In this document: positions 1 through 13,703 of the stretch, one piece after another
Layout of the letters: the number at the start of each line of letters is the position of its first letter
How positions within the stretch are numbered: position 1 is the stretch's first letter
NCBI RefSeq assembly: GCF_026571515.1
Contig: NW_026862875.1
Span: 62,001-126,000 of the forward strand
Source of the DNA: Ruditapes philippinarum
Taxonomy: Eukaryota
Length of the DNA stretch: 64,000 nt
Direction: 5' to 3'
Position numbers and translations under genes: made by a program
Notes under the pieces: model-generated
Told to the model about the DNA's origin: nothing
Database searches by the model: none
What the model saw: only the letters and a program-made list of their open reading frames with translations

Positions 1-1445
1 CTTTCAACAAACTCATTTTAAATGGGCGGAGACTGAATATTAAATGGGGGAAATCTCAAGGTCAACAAGGTCAAGAGAAGGAAGAGGAGAAAGAAGAAGA
101 AAAGAATCTTGAGCCGGTCCCTGGCCTTCCTGGAGGTATTTATTATTCTTGTAACAAAGGTTTGAAAAAGTTTTATTTTTTGACTGCCTGGGTTTAAGCC
201 TCTGTGGAGATATACAAAAAAAGTCATTTTGTCAATTTGTTTAGGGTTTGTAGCCAACGTATTATTTTAATAAATCTTTTGTTAGAATATTTGTGTGTTA
301 GAAAGTGTTCAGAAATACATACATACATACATAAAAAATGATGGTTTTACAAAACTTAAATGGAGCATGCTTTTGTCTTAATAAGCAATTGTTGACAAGT
401 GGTATATTCCATTAATAAGAAAAGGAAGCATGCCGACTTGAGCTGCCATCTTGGTGGTGAGAAAATATAAGAGGAGAACTTATTTGTGTTGTAAGGAAAA
501 GACTTCCAAAGGTGTTTGATGGTACTTGAAACTTTGCATAGAGAAAGTCCCAAATTTATGCAATACCATGAAAAAATAACATTGCCTTCTTTAAACAGTT
601 TCAATATAACCTGAAAGTGCAGTATTTTCATGTTTACTATTCAAGCAAATGAAAATGCCATTTGACTTTATCAAAAAATAATTTGTAATATAAAAATATA
701 TAATAAATCTATGAAAGAAAACAACTTTTTCAGTTTTTCAAAACTGCAATGTTTGTATTTCAGCTTTACCACACCCGCCAGAGGAATTAGCGAACAATTT
801 CTTCAATTTGAGCGGGGCACCACCAATGCACCCCATGCAGATGAGACATCCAATGCCACCAAGAGGACCACCTCATATGATGCCCATGTTTATAAGAGGT
901 CCTCCACCACCAGGTAAATATGCTCAAATTAGATTTTATATTTCAATATATACTTATATAAATTAAAAATATTCCCCTCCACCAAATAATTATGTCCAGC
1001 TTAAACTTGATATTGTAAATTAAGTATTATAGTAAATTGATTTTCACTTTTTCTCTCAATCTTAAACTTTATTTTATCAAGTTAGTTTGTCTATGATTAA
1101 CTGTCATTTTTTCATCCTTTATTGTTTTTAAGGTCATGCATCCATAAAAAAAATTGTGGAAATTTGTCTCTGATTTTCTGTACCTTACAGAGATTTCTTT
1201 TATATTGATAAGACTAGGGTCATCAAACATCTTTTCTGTTCAGTTCTTTGCTAGAATACATGAGATATATAATAAGTTTTTTCTAATCACTGCTTATTTG
1301 TTTTGTAGGTGTGAGACTGCCACCCCCTCCCCCTGGTATGATGCCGTTGAGACCCCCACCAGGTGTCATGCCCCGTGGCCAGGTTCCGCAGATGCATTAC
1401 CCATCCCAGGACCCGAACAGGATGGGAGCTCAACAGAATGGATAG
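1..1445 (+). CDS. RBM22: Pre-mRNA-splicing factor RBM22 (Cwc2/Ecm2 homologue), last three coding exons; gene starts upstream of the window
   Basis: Exons 1-135, 764-913 and 1309-1445 with GT..AG phase-1 introns splice to ...[19 protein letters not shown]...[25 protein letters not shown]...(Pro/Met-rich)...[16 protein letters not shown]. This matches the RBM22 RRM end (FNKLIVNGRRLNVKWG), the LEPVPGLPG motif and the terminal HYPSQDPxRMG motif. AATAAA signals follow at about 1638, 1835 and 1966-1984. Confidence 0.95.
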
Positions 1446-2607
1446 ACAAGTCTGACCCATCAACTGCAATGGAAATATCTGCCATCTTTATTGTGTATGG
1501 TGTTCATTTGAAGCCATGATGTCATTTTATAATGACTGTTGACATGGTAATTATTGCAGTTTTAAAAGCTGCTTTATGTGGCCATCAAATTTATCAAGAT
1601 CAACAGTGTAATGGGGAGTTTAAGAAATATGTGTGTTAATAAAACTGGTGAGAAGTGATTTTAGCAAACAATTTTAAGAGCATTTGAGGCATAATTAACA
1701 ATGCTTTTGCGGAATATGAGAATGTAAATTTATATGATTATTGATAGATAACTATGTGGCGAAAAGATCACTGTAAATTCAACTAGTAAGGTATGGTTAA
1801 TGTCCGAATGGTATAGAGTCGGTGGTTTCTATTTAATAAAAATATAATAACATCATGTATATGCATATTGTCTGCTTTAAAAGTTTTATGCATAACCGCA
1901 TATGAGAAAAAAAAACATAAACAAATAATAACAAATATTTTATTGTATTGACCAGAACTTAATGTAAATAAATATGAAAATAAAAAGATGTGAAAATTCA
2001 TTAATGTTGATTTATTTTATATATAAACTTAAAGCTGGGACAAAAGATCCCAGCTTAAAGAAATTTGTCATGAAACGGTAAATCATGTAAAGTTTAGAAA
2101 CCAAATTGTTAGAGTAGTCTCCCCTTTATGAGAGTTTATTTTTTTGCTTTATCGATCAAAAGTTGTGAGTGATAAATATTTGAATCAGAACAGAAGCAAC
2201 AATCACATCGTATGACAAAAGACATAAAACCAAAATAGATATTGCCAATCGAAATGAATATTGTCTAACTTATTTGTGTGATTGAAACGCCATTGTACTT
2301 GTATTTTTCAGGGTTGTGATTGATTTTATAGCTGTCATTAAAATCTTGTTTATTGAATGCTAGGGTTTTATCAATTTTCTATGGAACAATAGGACAATAC
2401 TTAATTTATTTATTACAGAGGCCATATTGCGTTTGTTTACATTAAGTCGTAGGACCGATAAAAGCATAGACATTTTGTTAATTTGACTAGTTATAAAGAC
2501 TAGTTATACAGACTTGTGTTTAAAAGATGTACTTTTTGCACACGGTTTTATTGATCATCCCTAAACAGCACTTAATGGGGAAAAACGTAATATGGTTAGA
2601 ACTCCGT

Positions 2608-2860
2608 ACAGCGGTTCCATGATTTTTCACCGGGGGGGGGGGGGGGGGAGTCTGCAAGATTTCCAAATGCATATATATTCAGAGGGTTTAACATTTTACA
2701 ATGTTTTCAGAGGAGGTCATAGGTCAGAATTATATTGATTTTCACTTGTTTCTGCGTTATTTGGTGATTTTTGCAATAAAATGTTTGGTGATCTCTAATG
2801 GGTTCCACGAACTAGCCAAATCATTGGTAGGGGTCATGACCCACTATGGGACCGCGCATG
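2608..2860. mobile_element. Degenerate short non-autonomous DNA element (MITE-like) with a G17 run
   Basis: Imperfect inverted ends (GCGGTTCCAT... / ...ATGGGACCGCGCATG) and poly-G at 2632-2648. Confidence 0.35.
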
Positions 2861-4174
2861 CTCTGTGTTTCTGGTGACAAATAATATTGTAAGCTGATTA
2901 AAATATCTGCGGGTTTTGCATACATATATGAATGTTTGTTATGATATATTTACTGTTTATTTCAAATCTATATATACGGACAATACATGTATGTGGAATG
3001 TTGACTAATTAGTTTTTGCACAACATAGCATTTTAGAGCATTTAATAGTGAGCATATGGCATTCCTTGATATTTACGAGTATAGCTATTTGTTGCTTCCA
3101 TGTATGAAGTTATTAAAGTTTTAAAATCTGGACCACTTACTGTGGGAATATTTATAAATTCATAGGTTTTTAAATATTCATTTCTTCAAATCAAATTACT
3201 TTTATGTCGCTATTACTTCGACTTTTACATTTCAATACAAATGTTAAATACGAAAAGAAACTTGTAGCCAATATTCCACAAAATTTATTATTACACATTG
3301 AATGTTAAACGATCGACAAAAAATGATCATTGGTCGATTCAGATATAAATTTATTACATATATTAAGATAATATTTACTTTCCCTTCTTCTATACATCTA
3401 TATTTATTCTAGCTGAATTAATATTTGCATACTAACAATAAATATTATCTGAGTGGATAATGAAAAGTAGGTATTCTGTACAATGCACTCGTTTGTTTCT
3501 ATGTACCGCGAACTTTATAAAAATCAAGTTTTTTTAAACCGTATGAAATAATGTAACCGGTTTATACCAAATTACATCTTGAATTCATCGGACGTAAAGA
3601 ACGTAAACACTTCATCTCAGTCCATAGTTGCTAAATGAAACCACTTAAATTTGAAGATTTAATCAATACTCCGAGTTGTGCTTTTTGATAGTGTATGATA
3701 TTTTATGGGGCATTTTAATAGTGTCAAAGATTAAAGAGGGTTTATAAATTCTATATTGAATGTACTTAGAAGAGTAGCGAATTTGTAATGAAGAAAAACA
3801 AATTTAAACATGTCCGAAATTTTTGTTTTTCGTTGAGTCATAACCTTTCGTCCATAGAAGTTTTCTTTATCTCTTTACAAAATGCTGAATTTAAGCCCCG
3901 TTATGCTAAAACTTTGATTTCTTTTAAATCACGTACATTAATTAACATAAAATTTGCATTATTGCGTTGGTTATGAATGTACTATTTTAAAGGGAGGTAA
4001 TAAATTTGTAGTTTTTCTTTTTAAGATTAATCCAGTACACTGAAGTTGAATGTCCCTAGGTTATAAACAAGAGAAAACAACGCTATATTATCTTTTATAA
4101 AAAAAAAATCGTACAAATAAACATCCCTTAAAACCATTTTCACCTCGCCATTTTTGGGGTCAAACCCTGTTATT

Positions 4175-4280
4175 TCATGTGAGGAAGCTATCCGCGAGTG
4201 CCTGGGGCACCTGATGTCCTCCACCACCATTAAAGCTGGAAAGTCGCATATTGGTCATTTCAGTGTTTGCGTTACCCTAA
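4175..4280 (+). mobile_element. SINE body/tail remnant
   Basis: GC-richer segment GAGGAAGCTATCC...CTCCACCACCATTAAAGCTGGAAAGTCGC...GCGTTACCCTAAA resembling mollusc SINE central and 3' domains (recognised from memory). Confidence 0.4.
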
Positions 4281-5002
4281 AAAAACGCAGAAAAAAATCA
4301 TGCACCTTAAAAATGCACAACTGTTAGTTCGAGATCCGTTTTTGAAAGTTAAAAATGTTTTCAAGAACGGAAGTTGGGAGATTTTTCACTTCCAGTAAAG
4401 CAAATTTGCAAGAAAGTCTCTTAGTACATATTATTGCGTGTAATATTAACGTGACTAAATCCCAACTAAACATGTGAGTCCCCAATAAAAGAAAAAGAAA
4501 ACAAAGGTACTAGTCACCGCAAGAATTGAAATGCGTTCGTGCTGAGCCTTTAACAGATAACAAAACTGCTAAATTAGTTTTATTCCCATGATCCTGCACA
4601 TACATGATTTGCATGAATACATACATTATTTGTTCGATCGAAATCGATAAAAAAAACTAAATACTAATATTTATAAAAATTACCTGAGTCATGTATAATT
4701 TTCAACTTCATTTTTTTTTCATTTATGAAATCGACCTCTGTCAAACAGTTTTCCTAAGAAAAATATTCTCGTACTGTTTTGTTGCTGTTTTTGTTTTGTT
4801 TATGTTTGTTTACTAAAACCAGACGAATGTGCCTACGTGCAGATAAAGGCTAAGCTGTATTTTAATAGTCTAAAATCTGTCAAATGAAATGAATAATAAA
4901 ATAAAGATTGGGATAGGCAAGTATGATAATTTGATATTTACCATACCAGTTGTTACACGTCAGGCTCTATAACTATAGTGTTAGCTATAAGTGTTTAAGC
5001 CT

Positions 5003-5195
5003 TTAACCTGACGGTATCATAATTGATAAGCCTTTACCACCAGTACAGAACCAGGCCGGTCTGCAGCGCAGTCTGACCAGGCTATATTATGTTGGTAGCT
5101 CAACTTCTTAATTTTGATATTGAATTCCCTTCAACTCAAATTTTTGATGGACTGTTCCAAATTCAAAGCTGGTCAAATCAGCAGATTAAAGTTTA
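5003..5195. mobile_element. Degenerate TTAA-flanked MITE; related inverted copy at about 21743-21935
   Basis: Shared internal segments in opposite orientation (GGACTGTTCCAAATTCAAAGCTGG..CAGCAG here; CTGCTG..GGACTTGTCCAGCTTCC at 21.75 kb) and TTAACC/GGTTA-type ends. Confidence 0.4.
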
Positions 5196-8100
5196 ACATC
5201 ATGGCTTGTTTAGGTAAAACTATCGGTCTTAGGTCAGAGGCGTAGGTTCACGGCTGTATACTCGTACATGTACGTATTAACCCACCGGTGATAAGATTTG
5301 AACTCACAGTAGGCTAGCGAATGCTTATACATGTATGTAAAATAAACTTCACATTTACGCATTAACCCACCGGTTACATGATTCGCATAAACCCACCGAC
5401 TACAAGATTCGAACTTACAGTAGCGAAAGCTTATATACATTTTGTATGTACATTGTATATAAAATAAAGGAGTATGTTCAAATATAGTGAAAATTGGCCC
5501 AATTTTTAATTTCGATAAAACTTGAGCATATGACATAAAAAATATGTCCCAAGTAGGTTTTTGTTGATTTTTGTATAATTTTTTCCAATTTGTCAATTTT
5601 TAGGCTCTATACTTGACCCCATTGTAACGTATTTTGACGTCAAAATTGCAACGTCAATCAACGACGCCGTAACGTCATATTAATATTTGGAATATGAAAC
5701 GCTGGTATATGACTCACAAATCTCTTTTTAGTTATGGAGAGAAAAAAGAATTGCTTCTTTTATTTACTACAATATTATAAAAACACAATATTCACTTTAA
5801 AATGAGTGAAACATAAATGAAAACAAACTCGTCCAGTTTACGTAATATATTTCAATGACTGGAGGTATTAAATGAATAATTTATTTACATGTTTATGTCA
5901 TAATAATCTATTTAAATTATCACATGTCAAAGATAAAAATTGTTTACAGTATAAAGAGTAATACTTTTTCATTGACGCACTTAATTATAGTGTAACGCAA
6001 ACATTTCATGCGTCTTTACGCTATGATCGTATAACGCAAAGGACGACACGTCAAAATATATACCCTGCCGTGCAATACTATTTTAATGTAACAGCAAAAG
6101 CGGCATGCGTTATGTGATAAAGTTATGTTACACACTGAATCATTTACTTAGTGTAACAGCTACGTAAACTGACATGTTTCATCATCTAACAAATTGAATA
6201 CAGAACTATAAACGAAACGAAACAAAAATAACAAAAATGCCGATCATACAAAATAAACAATCTAGCATACTTTATAACATGTGTGACATTCAAATAACTG
6301 CTGCATGAAACTATTGCATGGATAGTGTCCATCTTTTATTCTGAAGAAAATCAATTTACATTTACAGGGCTGGGAATCAAAACTGCGTCGTATCCTACAA
6401 AATGTAAACAGACGCCGCCATCTTGGGACGAAAAATGTATGTTTTTGTTTATAACTTTTTTTGTTGGAAATGACTGAAAACCAGATATATGTATTAACAG
6501 GCTACACTATTTTCCGCTTCGTTCGGTATATGTTGCTTGCAAAACTTTTTTGTAAAACAAAAGTTATAGCGAACTTGCAACTCGAAGCGGAGCAGAATTT
6601 TTATGAAAATGTGTGGATACGACGCAGTTCATTTTGCTTTATCTATCGCTTCTCCTTCAAATAAATTATATACTCGTTTTCAGAGTTCACCATAAACTTC
6701 AAAACATAATTTTGCATCATTTACTAAATTTTCATTAAAAAGAGATGTTTATTTTCCAAGAAAATAATGATTTTTACGAAATGATACGACGCAGTTGAAA
6801 ATAAAATATGATACGACGCAGTTGTTTTTTCATTGCAGGCTGCATATTGGTTTTAAACTGTTTAAATTATGTGCTAGGTATGCTAATAACGTCCAACAAC
6901 ATTTCTTGTTTACAACTTAAGTCAAAAGCAGAGGCCACTCGTTGGTTCCATAAAAATGGAAATGTAATACAATTCTATTTAGGCTGCATTTTTCGGTCGC
7001 ATTTATGTACCCATCATAAGCATCTAAAAATTCCGAAAAGCTGTATCAAATGCAATATACATTGAAACACGTGATCGCACACCCATATGTCAACGTGTTC
7101 CAGTGTTCTAAAATTGTTCCCGTGAGTTCGAATTGGGAGTGATTACTTTTTTTGATACAAAATTCAATATTCCAGTGTAACCTCTCCCGGACTCTGTACT
7201 AGTATTAATCAGGAATGACCTTGTTTTTTTAAAAAAGAATTACATATATTGAAAAGGTCTATTGGAAAAGAGCTATGCGCAAATTGCATGCCTACCTTTG
7301 TTACTTGTAATTAGCAATGTCTTTTACGTGCCGATTGTATTGTATTCATTTTCTTATAATAATCGGTGAGAACAGATGAGCTTTATTATTTGAAACTGAA
7401 CATTATTTTTTTAAATTATATTATATATAAATGGTTAAGCTACAAGATATTTTTGCAAGTATGCGTTCCGTTTAGTCATTTTATGTTCAGCGCCGCTGAA
7501 TTTTGATTTTATCGTATTGCATTTCTTTATCGCCGATGAGGAAAGGTCTACGGAATGTATTTTCTATATTTGCGCTTAAGTATCATTCTTCTCCATTAAA
7601 AAACTTTAAATTTTCAAAATCGAGTTACATATGATACAACTACAGATTATTTTGTAAAGAAGGTGTCCGTTTTGCAAAGGTATTTTACGCTGTGCACCGA
7701 TAAATTTGATGCAGATATAGGCAGACATGATCTTTCAACAGTATTGAAGAAGTTTTCACAATATTGAACAGAAAATTTAGGTCAGATTATCGCATCGAAT
7801 TTTCAACAGACTAGAGACATCCTTCATACTAAAGTGTGATTTTTATTTGATAATGAATTGCCTGAAAACTTAAACAAAGGTTTTCAGAAAATGACTTCAC
7901 AGAGGATTACCCCCTGTTTACATTGAAAATTTCTCTGCTAGTCATACCGAAATAAGAAATTTAAATGTTATTCTCTTTATCATTAATTCAAATATTTATA
8001 ATCTTAAAACTTCACGCCAGAAGTTAATAAAAAAGCAGCTTATTTGTACAGCTGACGTTAACAAATTTTGTTGAAAAAACAAATCCGACAGGTGTGTCCG

Positions 8101-9404
8101 ACTGAGGCCGAGTTGTTTATGTTTATTGAATTCAAATCACTTGAACTGAACGTCTATGAATGCGAAAACTACCAGGGACTTTTTATTCTTTCGTGTGGAA
8201 AACCTATCAAGCTAGTTTCAAAATGTCAATGGTTCTCTGAAGGTGCAACATTTTGCCTGAAATAATGCACAAAGGCGCACATGAGGTCATCGCCCCTAGT
8301 AAAGCTTATGTGTAGAGTGAAAGTTTGAAAACAAACCACAAAAAAGCAGTCATTACCCAGAACATGCAGAACCACAGTTTACTTAGAGCGTAGCTAGCCA
8401 ACATGAATTCAAGTTTATATTAAATAGATTTATACATTTTTTTCGCGAAAAAGAATTAGGGATAATATCCCAGCAAACACATGACGTTAAAATAACGTCG
8501 GATTAATGTTAGATTTTGGTCACGACGTCGGCGACCAAAATACGACGTAAATCTGACGTTAAAATACCGATGTCTAATAGACGTTTCTTTTTGACGTCGT
8601 ACTAACGTCAGGTTATGGTCGGTGTCCTGACGGTAGGTAAAAAAATAACAAAAAAATAATCCTTATTCGCTGTTGTAATCATTTAAACTTTTTTTCAAAT
8701 GTTATTTGGATTACAAATGAAGTGTTCTTATCTAAATACAGACCAAGATCGCGGCGCTGCAACCTAATAAAACATATAGGTGGCGCTGTATATACGCAAG
8801 TTACATGTGTTATTGCTATGAAATCTATTTATAGCCACAGATCTGTTTACAAGTTCCAATCATTTAACGTTGTAATATTATCACTTGTGGTACATTATAT
8901 GTATCAAAATTACGAGTTTTTAATAGTGCTTTAACATTTAATCATAGTGACAGGAAAGGGAAAGAAAACATAATTAACCTTTAATTCGAATCTAAAGTCA
9001 CGTGGATGGAAATTCAAATTCGTAGGCGTTACGTTTTGGCTGTCGGTCAGGAATCGGGATGCATTGATAAGTGAATATTATAGATTTCCTTGAACAAAAA
9101 GGTCAGTTCAATTTATTTAGATTTATTTCTACTTTGTATTTGATAAATAATTGCATGATTGCAAGCACTCTTAATTTAATTATCATTATTTGAACAGCTG
9201 AAGTAAAATGTCACACAAATTCGCGATAATGTCTAATAATAAATCTTTTTAAAATTGACATGTTTTTAACTCTGCTTGTGAAGAGTTTATAATATGCCTT
9301 TCAGTACTACCAAAGCGAATGCTTAGTTTTCATATTTTTCTTAAACTGTGATGTTTTTGTCAGTTAAAATCTGAGAATTGAGAATGAATTTGTACGATTT
9401 CGAG

Positions 9405-9495
9405 CATTTCGGACCAAGACGTTTCGGTCCCAAATAACCCAAAACGTTCCGGTCCCAAATAACGCAAGACGTTTTGGTTCCAGACATTTCGGCAT
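9405..9495. repeat. Short tandem repeat inside the EnSpm-like element
   Basis: Units of about 25 bp of the type (A)GACGTTTCGGTCCCAAATAACCCAA, 3-4 degenerate copies. Confidence 0.7.
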
Positions 9496-10609
9496 TAAAT
9501 CTTTAATTTAAAACTATGAAATATTTAAGACTTGCGTAACTGTTCTATTTCAAACGTAGAATATATACATAAGTTGGAATATAATTTTCTTTTCAGGTAG
9601 TTAAAGTGTTGGACATGCTCTCAAAGGTCGGAGGGACGGAAACACGTGAATATGTAAAAAGAAACATATGAAAGTAAGATTTTTGTAAATTCTATTACAT
9701 ACTTTAATCCATACTAAACTGGAGTTTAAAAGCGGCTTTTTAAATGTTCAGTATTTATGTTTACTTTAAATTTTGGTTAAAGCTCTCTTATAAAAAGTTG
9801 GCAAAATTGTTCATTAAGTTACAATAACCATGAAAACATTTTTGCTTGTTATTTTACATGTTTCATAAATTTCTTTTTTTTTCAGTGAAAATGATGTCAC
9901 ACTCGCTATTGGGCGCTACAAACGCTACATATCCTCCGGACAGACGAGGGGTGCTGAAAGAAGGTCATATCTTAAAGCATCACACCTCAAAATTCGTGCT
10001 AATTCTCATGGATATCTAATAGTATAACTTTGTGAAGTAACTAAAAGGCAGCAATTTATACATTACTGACAATTATCAAAGGAGGTCAAAATATGCAAAA
10101 TTGCACTAAATGTTTTAGAAATGCTGTAGAAATATAGTTAAAGTACTGAAAATCTGTCATAAATTGCTTGAAACATTATTATCAGAATCTTTTAACTTTT
10201 CTTAAAATTATAATATTTTCATTGTTTTATTTGATAAGGCAAACTTTGATAGAAATGTGCATACATTGTTTTGTTCTTTAATATTTGTACATGTTTTCTT
10301 AGTTTCATTTATGTCATTGTTTTTGTAATACTTTTTGTTTTGTAATTAACTTATTTTATGTTTTATTTTGTTTAATTTATGAAAATTATTTAACCTTGCA
10401 GAATTTACTAAAATTGTATGTATCGTATTGTATTATCTTAAATTAAAAAAGCATGAAACATATTTTTTGCTTTTAGTTTTCTTTTATACATTTCATTTGA
10501 GGGAAAGTTACTTAATAGAATGAGTTACATTTAATTAGATCAAATCAGGATTAGCCAGAAAATATTTATGACGTGGTGAAACAAAAAAGATTAGGGGAAT
10601 GATAAGATG

Positions 10610-10825
10610 AAGGTCAGAAAATGATCAGATTTAGGGCAGAAAAGGGTTAATATTTAGGTCGGAAAATGGTCAGATTGAGGTCGGAAAATGGTTAGAAACT
10701 GGTTAGATTTAGGTCGGAAAATGGTCAGATTGAGGTCGGAAAATGGTCAGATTGAGGTCGGAAAATGGTTAGATAATGGTCAGATTTTGGTCAGAAAAAG
10801 GTTAAATAATGGTTAGATTCTGACG
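10610..10825. repeat. Subterminal minisatellite of the EnSpm-like element
   Basis: Repeated ~22-bp unit AGGTCGGAAAATGGTCAGATTG with variants. Confidence 0.85.
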
Positions 10826-10903
10826 TCTACCTGACGTCAGATTATTACGTCAAAAAAACTTTCAAATCCAACCGTTTTTCTGACCGTCATCCGACGTCAG
10901 AAC

Positions 10904-11241
10904 CAATCTCCTACGCAGTGATCTCCCCTTACAGCAGGATTAGATCTCTGCCATCACAACATTTTCGTCAAGATTTTTGACGATATGAATTTTTTCAATT
11001 TTTATATTTATTTTAAAAAGTAAACACGGTTTTGATAATTTTTTGAGGAAATATAACGGACGTAGGTACAAAAAGTTAAAAATAAAACAGAAAGAGAAAA
11101 ATGACGTTAGATTTTCTATGTAACGGTCGATATTTACATTTGAATTTCGACGTTACGTCATGTGACTTTCATCATCATGTGACGTCTGTGAAGGCAGTGA
11201 TTACAATTCTGCCAAGGGAGGTAATCACTGTGAGGAGTTTG
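10904..11241. mobile_element. 338-bp MITE with 9-bp TSD (Mutator-like TSD length), innermost nested element
   Basis: Direct repeat CGTCAGAAC at 10895-10903 and 11242-11250. Imperfect ~30-bp TIR CAATCTCCTACGCAGTGATCTCCCCTT / AAGGGAGGTAATCACTGTGAGGAGTTTG. Confidence 0.8.
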
Positions 11242-13466
11242 CGTCAGAACCTGACTTAAATCTGACGTCAGTATGACGTCTTGTGTTTGCTGGGATTGAA
11301 CATACAGGAAAATATAAGAAATTATTTCATTTTATGATCAATTAGGTAACATATTCATGTTTAACTGAAAAGTAGCAATGTAAAATTTCAAATTAAATGT
11401 GATATTGGACATGACACAATTTATTCTAAATAATCAAAAGCAACAGAACATTGCTATACACCTCAAATTATCTGGAGTTTTTTTTATCTAGCGCAAGTGA
11501 TTATCCCATAAAATAGAAATATTTTGCCAAAATTATCCCTGTTGAAAAGACTGCCAAAAATACAACTGCGTCGTATCATATTTTATTTTCAACTGCGTCG
11601 TATCATTTCGTAAAAATCATTATTTTCTAAAAAATAAACATCTCTTTTTAATGAAATTTTAGTAAATGATGCAAAATTATATTTCGAAGTTTATGGTGAA
11701 CTCTGAAACAAATATATAATTGATTTGAAGGAAAAAACGATAGATAAAGCAATATGATCTGCGTCGTATCCACACATTTTCATAAAAATTCTGCCCCGCT
11801 TCGAGATGCAAGTTCGCTATAACTTTTGTTTTACAAAAAAGTTTTGCAAGCAACATATACCGAACGAAGCGGAAAATAGTGTAGCGTGTTAATACATATA
11901 TCTGGTTTTCAGTCATTTCCAACAAAAAAAGTTATAAACAAAAACATACGTTTTTCGTTCCAAGATGGCGGCGTTTGTTTACATTTTGTAGGATACGACG
12001 CAGTTTTGATTCCCAGCCCTGATTTAACGACCACAAAGATTTTCAAAAATATGCAATAGAATTTACATGTATAAGTCTTCTGCATATAAATAGTTTACCG
12101 CAATAAACTTTGATGTGTTTTTTTTTAAATATATAGTCAGTACAACTTAAATATAATAAATACACAATTAGCTTAAACTTCTTTTTAAGCAAACATAGAA
12201 TCACTTTAGATGCAGACACAGATATTACATCAATCGGAACATGTCGACAATGTTTCATAAATACACGTAGTCTTATCCGAAGAATGACGGAAAAGGCCGA
12301 AAAGTTAGAGTAAAAAGTTAAACATATTTTATAACATTCAAGACATTCTAAATAACGCAGTAACAAAATCATTGCATTTTGCCACTTAAAACTATCAATA
12401 TTCAAATATCTAGAAAAATATCAAATAAAAAATTACAGCATGTTTAGGACACAACCAATATTTTATTACAATCTCATTCATCATAACATTTAAAAATCTT
12501 AACTTGTCTCTTCTCAAATACAGCAACAACTTTGATTATTTTCATAATAACTTATGACTAGCCTTATGTTTCAAAAACGAGGACTAAGTATTGAGGAAAT
12601 GAAACACTAACAAATCAATATTATGTAAAGCGATTGTCAAGATATGAAGTATTTCACCTGTCTATGGTATCTATGTTAATATTCTATCTATTTTGTCTTA
12701 TCAATATCATGCCTTACATGAATATGTTGTGTCAGCGGCTTTTTAAAGGTACAGTATGACTCAGAAATGAATAATATTAACCTTTTTTTTAAAAAAGATC
12801 AAAGATGTTTTTATACGTTTTAAATAATGGTTTAGAGCATATAAGATGCTTGTTACATAAACAAAAGACCGGTAAATGTACTAATATGTCATTAGTGTAG
12901 CAATGAAAACAGTAATGAAACAAGTAATATTTTGACTTCCATAAAAATTACTAAGTTATTATATATGTACTTAATTTATTGGCTGAAAGTAACAGAAGAA
13001 GAAGACCAATGAGTAACTTGTTGGAAACTAAAAAATATTTTGAGAAATAAAAATGAAAGTATTGCATTTCGGGTACATAAAGGGGCCTTTACAGGGTATA
13101 CTATTCACGATGACGTCAGCGGTCTGAAAAAAAAATTACCGTCTGAGCGAGGACTATTATAATGTGCAACGGTGAGAAAAATAAAAAAAGCGCACGTAAT
13201 ATAAGCTGAATGCCAATAATTTTCATTGCATTTTAAAAGATTGTTTGTGATTTAAACAATATGATTTCCAACTTTTACAATGAAGTTATATTAAATAAGA
13301 AATAACTCAAAACAACTCTTAGCATTTTACTGACCTCCCAGTCAGCCCGAAACATCAAACAGACATTAGCACGGACATTAGCCTTCCGCTTCAGTCAGGC
13401 TGACTGATTGGTCACTATAATGTTATGAAGCCGTCATTGTTGTATACTATTTCTTAAATACATATA

Positions 13467-13703
13467 TGAGCCGCGTCACGACAAAACCAACATAGTGCGT
13501 TTGCGATCAGCATGGATCCAGACTAGCCTGCGCATCCGCGCAGTCTGATCAGGATCCATGCTGTTCGCTTACAGACCCTATAACAAGTAGAGAAACTGAT
13601 AGCGAACAGCATGGATCCTGATCAGACTGCGCGGATGCGCAGGCTGGTCTGGATCCATGCTGGTCGCAAACCCATTATGTTGGTTTTGTCGTGACGCGGC
13701 TCA
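13467..13703. mobile_element. Palindromic ~235-bp MITE, copy 1 of 5
   Basis: TGAGCCGCGTCACGACAAAACCAACA...TGTTGGTTTTGTCGTGACGCGGCTCA, near-perfect foldback with ~100-bp arms and AT-rich flanks. Confidence 0.92.

Larger units (their letters stand above)
8469..11294. mobile_element. CMC/EnSpm-like non-autonomous element with 2-bp TSD, nested in the foldback element
   Basis: TIR CCCAGCAAACACA...TGTGTTTGCTGGG; AT on both sides (8467-8468, 11295-11296); many subterminal GACGT motifs at both ends. CCC termini with a 2-bp TSD are typical of animal EnSpm elements. Confidence 0.8.
6365..12021. mobile_element. Foldback-like non-autonomous DNA transposon with ~460-bp terminal inverted repeats and 5-bp TSD (outer element of a nested stack)
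   Basis: Left arm 6365-~6830 (CAGGGCTGGGAATCAAAACTGCGTCGTATCC...) is the reverse complement of right arm ~11556-12021 (...GGATACGACGCAGTTTTGATTCCCAGCCCTG). ATTTA flanks both ends (6360-6364, 12022-12026). ATACGACGCAG subrepeats occur in each arm. Confidence 0.9.

Noticed and set aside
711-1519. ORF-track proteins 711-917 and 1154-1519
   Set aside because: Wrong-frame readings over RBM22 exons.
10610-10825. Regular repeats as a CRISPR-like array
   Set aside because: Head-to-tail units without unique spacers, eukaryotic context and no cas genes; it is a transposon subterminal satellite.
6461-11925. Near-identical ORFs 6461-6664 (+) and 11677-11925 (-) as a duplicated gene
   Set aside because: They are mirror translations of the two TIR arms, start at TTG and show no protein features.
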